From Paragordius varius (taxonomy: Eukaryota > Animalia > Nematomorpha): a stretch of 64,000 nucleotides of DNA. The notes under the pieces are model-generated. The model was not told the origin of the DNA. It made no database searches and was given only the letters and a program-made list of their open reading frames with translations. Position 1 is the first letter of the stretch, and the number at the start of each line of letters is the position of its first letter. Below are positions 56,267 to 64,000 of the stretch, piece by piece. The stretch covers positions 5,828,001-5,892,000 of the forward strand of contig OZ176054.1 of NCBI GenBank assembly GCA_964247055.1, in the 5' to 3' direction. A program made the position numbers and the translations under genes.

Positions 56267-57717
56267 CTAGCGTAAATCTCGTGCTGCTACGCAGCCCGAG
56301 GAAGTCCTTCGGACTTCTGGGGAGAGGGGGGCTATTTGAAAAAAGGGACCAATAAATTGATCCATATATGTGGATTATTTCAAAACATTATTAATAGCTA
56401 TTATCTCATGGGATTTTCTAAATGTTGCATTCATAATTGTTTACTGGTGTAAAGGCCGTAAATTGACGGCTAACGGAAAAAACCGCTATACTATTATTTT
56501 TACCTTTTTATGCGTAATATATAAAGCCTTTATTGAACTCGTATGGCTTCTTAAGTTTTTTGAAAATTATCTCTAAAGCCACGCCATTTTTGTATGGCGT
56601 CTCAGTTTTAAACCGGTAGACCCCTACCCATAGTCCTATATGGAAAAGCCCTGAGACCATCGTCTCATGGGTTATTCGAAAAAATACCTCAACACTAAAT
56701 AATCGTTATATGATGGCCTATTAGGGCATAAAGGCCCCTAATTAACGGCTATAAAAAAAGCCTGACCTTAATTTTTACTTAGTTACGGGTATTATTTCGA
56801 AGGTTAAATGAGCTCATATGGAATAAGTTTTCTTTAAAATAGTTCTAAAACAACGTATATTCCATATAGTGGCGCAGTTTTTGGCGGGTAGCTCCCTATC
56901 CAGAGGCTGATACAAAAAAAAGCGCTTGATTAAAATTTTTGCCTTTATACGGAGAATATATGGAATCATGGTTCATTCCATATGCTCTTATTAGTTTTTG
57001 GAAAAATTTCCTCAAAATTATAAAATCATTCTATGGTGGGGCATTTTTCAGTGCGTGAAGGGTCTAATTAACGGCTAATTTAAAAAAACCGCACGATCTA
57101 AACTTTTCCCTTGTTACGGGTAATATTTTAAGCAGCTATTGACATATGGCCTGATATCTGAAACTTAGCCCCAAAAGCACACTATTTCGATATGACGGGT
57201 CAGTTTTCGGGTATCTCCTTACCACAGCTAACATCAAAGAAACGCTTGACTAAAATTTTTGCCTTTTAACAGGGAATACCTGGAATCCTTATTGAATTTT
57301 TACGTCATACTTTGGGCGAAAAATAGGGTAAAAAAATTATTTTTGTGGACTTTGTTTTAGAAAAAAATGGCATTTTACGGAGGGAGCGGGTAAAAAGAGG
57401 GCCTAAATTAAAAAAGCGATACAACTATATTCGGCGCGATTGAAAATAAGTAAACAAAAATCATATTTGAAATTAAATGGTTCAACACGTTCTCCGGAAA
57501 ATTGTCTCAAAGACACGATTTTTATGGACTTCTGTTTTCAAATAAAACCGTTTTTTACACAGGGTGGGCCCGAACTGGGGGATTCAAAAAAGGGCGAAGC
57601 TATTGTCGGGGCATTCATTAATGATTATAATTTTTTGACATTTTGATTTGATGGGTCTACCGGTTTTCCGGAAACAGATCACAAAGCCAGCATTTTCCAT
57701 TTTTATAATTATATAGA
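56267..57717 (-). mobile_element. Non-autonomous Helitron with intact 3' hairpins and ~300-bp internal tandem units
   Basis: Minus strand: A|TCTATAT 5' end at 57717. The 3' end is GAAGTCC-gaa-GGACTTC, then CTCG-G-GCTGC-gta-GCAGC-A-CGAG, 7 nt, and CTAG|T. Internal units start at ~56590, 56870 and 57190. Confidence 0.85.
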
Positions 57718-58674
57718 TTTATGATGGTGTTTAGCAAAAACGCAAAAAATATTGATAGTTTTATGGTTCCAATATTATTGTTACATAAGGCGTTTTAATC
57801 CATATTATAAAATGTTTTAGCCGAATAAGATGATAATTTAAGCCGCTTGCACATTTCAATTTTTTTCATCAATTAACTCTTATAGCGTTTGGCTCACACG
57901 TTTTTTTATTGGATTCCGAAAGCTCTTCATTTACAACTAAATTAAGGTAGCCCAAGATTTATAAACGACCCTAAAATTTAACACTACTGATTAATTTATC
58001 CTAATAAATTTGAAGCCAAAAGTCTTTTTATTAAAATAGTCATACATAATAGCTAAAATTTGTCCTATGAATTAAAAGGTAATCTTGACTTCTTTGTTAA
58101 AATAATATATAATATTGACCCAAATATATGGCCTTTTATATTCTGAATAAATGCGATCATGTTTGAAATAATTGAATGATATGACTTTGTTTTAAAGGGC
58201 CTTTCCTAGATGTCCAATGTAAGAGAATACAATTTTCATATTCAAATGCTGCAATGCATTTTTTATGCTTTTTAAACTCGCATATCTAATACAATATTTT
58301 TTAACAACCATGATGATATGATAACCATTTCCACATTGCAATTAAATGTCTAAAAAGTTTGTGGACCAGAGCGAAAATATTTACAGACCTGATTTATTAA
58401 AATGAACATTTTTATTATTATCCCTGATAGCCAGGCATTTAGTAAGTATATTGTTACGCTTTGCCAAAGAATTTTAAATGAAACATATTTTTGTGTTCTA
58501 ATGCACATTTAAACTCCAAGTAGGAAATTTACAACAGTCGATGGTAATCCTTTTCTTTTATAATAAAGGGGAGGAACTTAAAAATTTAAGATTTAATTTA
58601 CTTTTGTGGCTATCATTTCAAAGACGAATCACAATTTAATACATAAAATATTTAAATTAATATATTTGAAATAG

Positions 58675-61600
58675 AACAAGAAATTTCTCCAAACGATACA
58701 AAGAAGTCAGTTTTGAACTCAAAAAATGATTACGGATTAAATCGTTACAAAATCCATGAGCCGTCAGATTCCACTTCGGAAAATGTGATTTTATTAAATT
58801 ATTTAATTGATGCCGCGTTTGGAATCTTATTTATTATTATATATAATATACCTTTTAAAGGTAAATAAACTCGACAAAAAAATATATGTATTTTAACATT
58901 ACATTGTTTTAAGATAAATTTGTTTGATATTATTAGTAAAACTGTTTACTTAACTTATAAAAATAATTACGCATTAAGGTTTTTTGTATTTTTTCTATTT
59001 TAGCATAAATTTTATGTATTTCTTATGCAATGAATAAATGTGAATATGTTTGCTGTTTTTGAGACAATTAATTTTGTATACAACTAAATAGATAAACGGT
59101 GGAATTAAATCGAAAATTGGTTCCTATTATCCATCAGTATATTCAAAAATGCGAGAATATGGTAATTATTTGAATTGAATTGATAACTTATTTTATTGTT
59201 TTTTATACACCTGAAAATCTCTAACCTTTGTTTCAACATTATATTATCTTTTTAATAAAATATCCCTTTATAGATCATAACTATTGCAGCGATGGGGAAT
59301 GGATGAAAAATTTCAAGTATATTGATTTTCACGCTTTATTTAATTGTAAGAATATCTGCTTTACTTTTATTAAATTTTAGCGATTTTCTCAATATTTATA
59401 TTTTATATCAATCAATTCTACAGATATGAACATGGCTACTTTTATATTTTCCGAATATTATATTATTTTTTAAAATCGCTTTTCTGCATTTAGGCATGTA
59501 CCATATCTTAGCCCAGAAAAGCAGAATGGGTATGGAAACCATAATAATAGAAGTATAAATATTTTTATATAATTCAATAAAGTAGATCAGAACAGAACCA
59601 TTAAAAATTAGTATTTTTTGCGAAATATCTGTAATAAATTGTTCCTAAACTTCTAATGCTAATGCTGATTCCGAAAACCTAAATAAAAACGGTCCGGTAT
59701 GTTTGCAAAGTCTTTTAACTTTTGCACTCCTACGAGCGATTAAGGCGCATTTTGATAATAGTAATAACAGGGACATAAAATGAGATTTTATTATACAACT
59801 CTTAAATTACACTTAAACTCTTGATATTTAAAAGGGAAAAATTGAGTAAAAATGACACAATCAACTATTTATGTATTAATTAACTTATAGGAAGCGCGAC
59901 TTTACAAATAGGTGATGAAATTTTTTTTACATCGCTATAGCTTCTTTGACATTTAATGTTACAATTTTTAACCTAATTTAACAATTTAAATTCCTTTCGA
60001 AAATTCTCACATTACGCTTAACATGTCCAATAATCCTTAGATTTTAATTTATTTTTTATCCTACCAGCGAAAACTTATGCCAAAATTATATGTCAACCTC
60101 TAACAACGATCACCATTAAAAATATCTTGCTCTTGCACCAATGTCTTCTGAAAAAATCTGAAATTTGACTCTTAAGAATTATTCTAAATTAATATATTTT
60201 AAACCCACATTTCATATTATTATATATTTGCTCAAAAAGTTATGTTATTACCCACCATCTTTAACTCTTTTGACTATAGTTTTATTATATTTCGATAAAA
60301 TTTAAAATATTTATTTTTGATTCCTAGTTACTGGACTCATTAATTCAATTATAACAAAATTTGTGTAATTTTCGAACTAGGTTTGTTTTTTTATATTCAA
60401 TTTTTTGTGAGGATATTAGATCACCCCGTTTAAATGGCTTTTAATATAAATAAATGGCAAAAATTTATTATGGAACTTACTTAAGCATCAAAGAAAATCA
60501 ACTTTGAAAGATTTTTAATAAATTAGGATATATATCACCATTTATTTTATATTTTAATATATAACCATTTATTTAGTTTGCGATTCTACCTCGCCAGATC
60601 AATCATATAAAACAAGTAATAACACATATAGCAAGGACACTGCATGCAAAAAAGTATTTTTTATTTTTATATATAAGTTTCATTTATTATATAGTAAACT
60701 ATTTTATCAAGGTAAATTATAAGATATTTTACATTAAATATATAACTTTAGTAAACAATAATATATCCATTTTTATATGATTTAAAAAAACAATGATTTA
60801 AAAAACTGTTTTTCATATTTTTATGTGAGGTGTACCTAATTTGATTAGGACACAATATGGATTTGTATCATTTATCTACCATTTACAGTTCGAATTCACC
60901 CTTTAACAATTCAATTTCACCCTCGAACAATTCAAATTCACCCTTGAAAATTCAAATTCACCCTAAATATAAATTATGTGTTTTCCAACTAATATAACTC
61001 ATTATTAATATGAAATATGTTTCTTTTTGCCATAGTTTATTATTTTTTCAGTATTATTTTAATTTAAAACAAAATTTTATTTTTTAAAAAAGTAGGTAAT
61101 TTTCTTAAAAAATATATAATTTATTTGAGAGTAAATTCGAAATGTTCGAGGGTGAATTTGAATTGTTCAAGGGTGAATTTGATTGTTTAAGTGTGAATTT
61201 GAATTAAAAATGGTGTATAATATTTTTAATTTTTTGTAAATCAAGCGGGACACTCTTCAAACACATATTTTTTATTGTCTTAGAGGACAAAAATTATTTG
61301 GTTATAATAATGTTATGCTTATTTTATTTTATTATATATAAGGTTTTGCCTTCATCATCTTATCAAAGGAATAAAGCTGATATAGAATACATTGATGATA
61401 TATGCACAACCGATTTAAAGTAAATTTTGTCACATCATTATTAGTTATTAATTAAAACGCCTGCCTGTTTTGAATTAAAGTTTTGTTATAAATTATATTT
61501 TTTAATCTTCTTGCAAATTTTATCGCCATTTAATTGAACCAAATTAAAAAAAACTTTTAATAAAGCATATAACCATTTTCATAAACCGAAGTTTAGGCAT

Positions 61601-63099
61601 CCGCAGATCGTAAAAAATATTGACTTACATTCACGGTTAAAAAAAATTGAGTGTAAAAACTATGTTTTAATCAAACATATTATATAAATAATGGTTACAC
61701 AATAGATAAAAATAATAATATCAATGGCCTAGTCTAGTTAAAGATTAAACCCCAATTTCGGTTTTGGATAGTTTTAGATAATGTATAATTTTAATCTTTG
61801 AATTTAATTAAAATAGTGTCTATTATGCGGCAAAAAAAAGGTAATTTTAAGAATTAATAAACATTGTCATTTTTTGCAATGGCTGTTTAATTCCTTTTCC
61901 TACCTTAATCAAACTTCTAAAGTCTGAACAAACAATAAACAAATAACAATTTTATTGAATTATATATTTTAATTAAAATATAGTATTAAATCGTTCCCTA
62001 AGTTTGTTTTTATATCTCCTTTCTTTTAATTAAATATTTGTAGTAATAATACAATAAGAAAACATACAAGTTGCTATTCAATTGGGAACGGATCGAATTA
62101 TTTTAATGATGATCGGCATAAATTATACTCTGAGGTTCAAAGAGGTGGTATTATTCCCTTTTACGGATTCCAGAAATATGATAAAGGTTATCATTTATAT
62201 TTGGAAATTAAAATATAACCTATAATTAACATAAAATTATTTCTGTTTAATGTAACTAACATAACATTTTAACATTCTGCATGAATTTTCGTTTACTTAA
62301 ATTTAATTACTAATTATTATTAAGGATTGATTGGTAATCATTTTTTTCTTGTTTTTTGTTGTTCAAAGAACCCCGAATCTTTAAATCAGTGGCGAACAAG
62401 TTTTCTAGCAAAAATATCTCAAATAACATTAATAACAACAACCATCTTACTACTATAACTCCAGAAAAACATATTGTAAAATCTGCACTTTCACCTTCGC
62501 AAAATGATTTATCAATGTTAGAATCATCAATATCTTCTACTAATAATGACATAACAAACAAGGCATTTGAAAAGAATGCTAAAATATGCGATTCCAAATC
62601 CTTGCAAGGTGAGTCCAAAAATATTGTGGGACAAACGAATTGTGAAACTTATTATGATTTTCTGTCTTTGAAACCATTTGCAAAATATGCTGATAATCGT
62701 ATAGATAAAAATGAACATTTATTGATGTTGAAACCATCATACGTAGCCGAAGTAACGCGGCAAAAGAAATTGACTAAGGGAAAACAAAATGAATTCCCAC
62801 TTTCTGATTCCAGTCTAGAAACTAATAATAAATCACCCCTAACGATGATTATGAAAAAAGATTTTAGAACGGCCCTTACTAATGATTCGTATGATGCATG
62901 TAGCATGCTATCTAATAAACTAACTTTAAGTCCTCACATGCATCTAAAAAGTAGTAGACCCTTATGGTCTGTTCACAATTGTAATTTGAGTGAGCCATAC
63001 ACCAAACAACTTAATTCGTGTTCAGCTGGTTCCTCACCAGCCAAACGCATGTCGGCACATAACGCCAAAAGTAGTTGTTTTTTATCATTTGCATCTTAA
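58675..63099 (+). CDS. Unidentified multi-exon gene encoding a Ser/Asn/Lys-rich, probably disordered protein
   Basis: Two chains of phase-compatible GT-AG exons: 58675-58784, 59092-59161, 59274-59316, 59494-59562; and 61343-61419, 62044-62186, 62369-63099 (long terminal ORF). The link between the chains is inferred. Confidence 0.6.
60877..61214. mobile_element. Foldback MITE subfamily B copy
   Basis: TACCATTTACAGTTCGAATTCACCC followed by about 4 units of CTTGAACAATTCAAATTCACC, mirrored at 61140-61214. Confidence 0.85.
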
Positions 63100-63440
63100 A
63101 AATTACATATAAATACAATTCGGGGTATTTTGACTCCAGGCCAACCATTAAAATTTATTTGACATGGGCATGGGCCTGGACTTACAAACATAATTTATTA
63201 TGCAAAAATATTTTTTAAACCAATTTTTTTACAAACGCTTCATATTAAAGTTATTACGCCATTTTTTTCACAGTATAAGATTAAATATTGAGATATAATT
63301 ACAGCTGGTTATAACCTAAAAAATTATGAAATAAATAATTGCACTATTTGACACTAAGAAAAGATTGAAGAATATAAATTATTTTCGACACGTGAATAGT
63401 ATAAAAATATGGAAATTTATTTAAAACGTATCATAGAATA

Positions 63441-64000
63441 AATAAAATTCGCGAACGGTTTCGGACATTTTAAAGGAAACCAAGTAGTTATAATGAACTT
63501 GTTAGACTATAATCAAAAAATGCAACATATTTTAGAAGATACATCCAAATATAAAAAGATCACACGATGCCCTTTTAACACATTACACATAAATGTTAAA
63601 AAAATGATAAAATCATCTCCCATTCCCTCACATTTACACAATTCGTTAATTCCTCAATGCCCTATTAATCCCAGTATGTATGGTGTCCCAAAAACGCATA
63701 AAACGGATGTTCCACTGCGTCCAATTGTATCCACCAAAAATTCATCTTTATATGGTTTGGCACAGCATTTATCAGAATATTTGCAACCCTTCTTAAAAGA
63801 CAAATTAAAAAATTCGTTTGAATTTATTGATAAAATAAGGGATATACAAGTAGCTGAAACCGATTTATTAATAAGTTTAGATGTGGAAAGCCTCTTTACC
63901 AGTGTACCCCTCAAGGAGTTAACCCATCTTCTTAAAGATCTAAAGGTGGATGCGAAATATATTTCCCTGATTGAATTTTGTATAAATAATAATTTTTTTG
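63441..64000 (+). mobile_element. Second Penelope-like element, RT fragment running off the window
   Basis: The open frame to the window edge reads KGNQVVIMN..DY..KM, MYGVPKTHK..PLRPIVS, NSFEFI, SLDVESLFTSVP. It is clearly divergent from the 20-kb element and absent from the ORF track because it has no stop in the window. Confidence 0.9.

Overview
This is a very AT-rich eukaryotic window read in the standard genetic code. It is almost certainly animal, because it carries a receptor guanylyl cyclase and Penelope-like elements. Recognisable genes are an ABCG2-type half transporter (minus strand, runs off the left edge), ODR4, CDK7, ANAPC11, RAB3GAP1, a NOL8-like gene and a 15-kb natriuretic-peptide-receptor-type guanylyl cyclase. 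There are also two short orphan genes and at least one unidentified multi-exon gene. The architecture is extreme. Many GT-AG introns are only 21-29 nt and several gene junctions are 13-58 bp, yet the long introns are full of mobile DNA. That DNA includes a near-perfect 3.5-kb inverted Penelope structure with a hammerhead-like motif in each arm, a foldback MITE family built from 21-bp dyad repeats, Helitrons, a mariner relic and hAT/Tc1-type MITEs. A second Penelope RT runs off the right edge. A reduced parasitic animal (myxozoan- or dicyemid-like) is my inference only. All gene identities come from motif recognition by eye, not from database searches.
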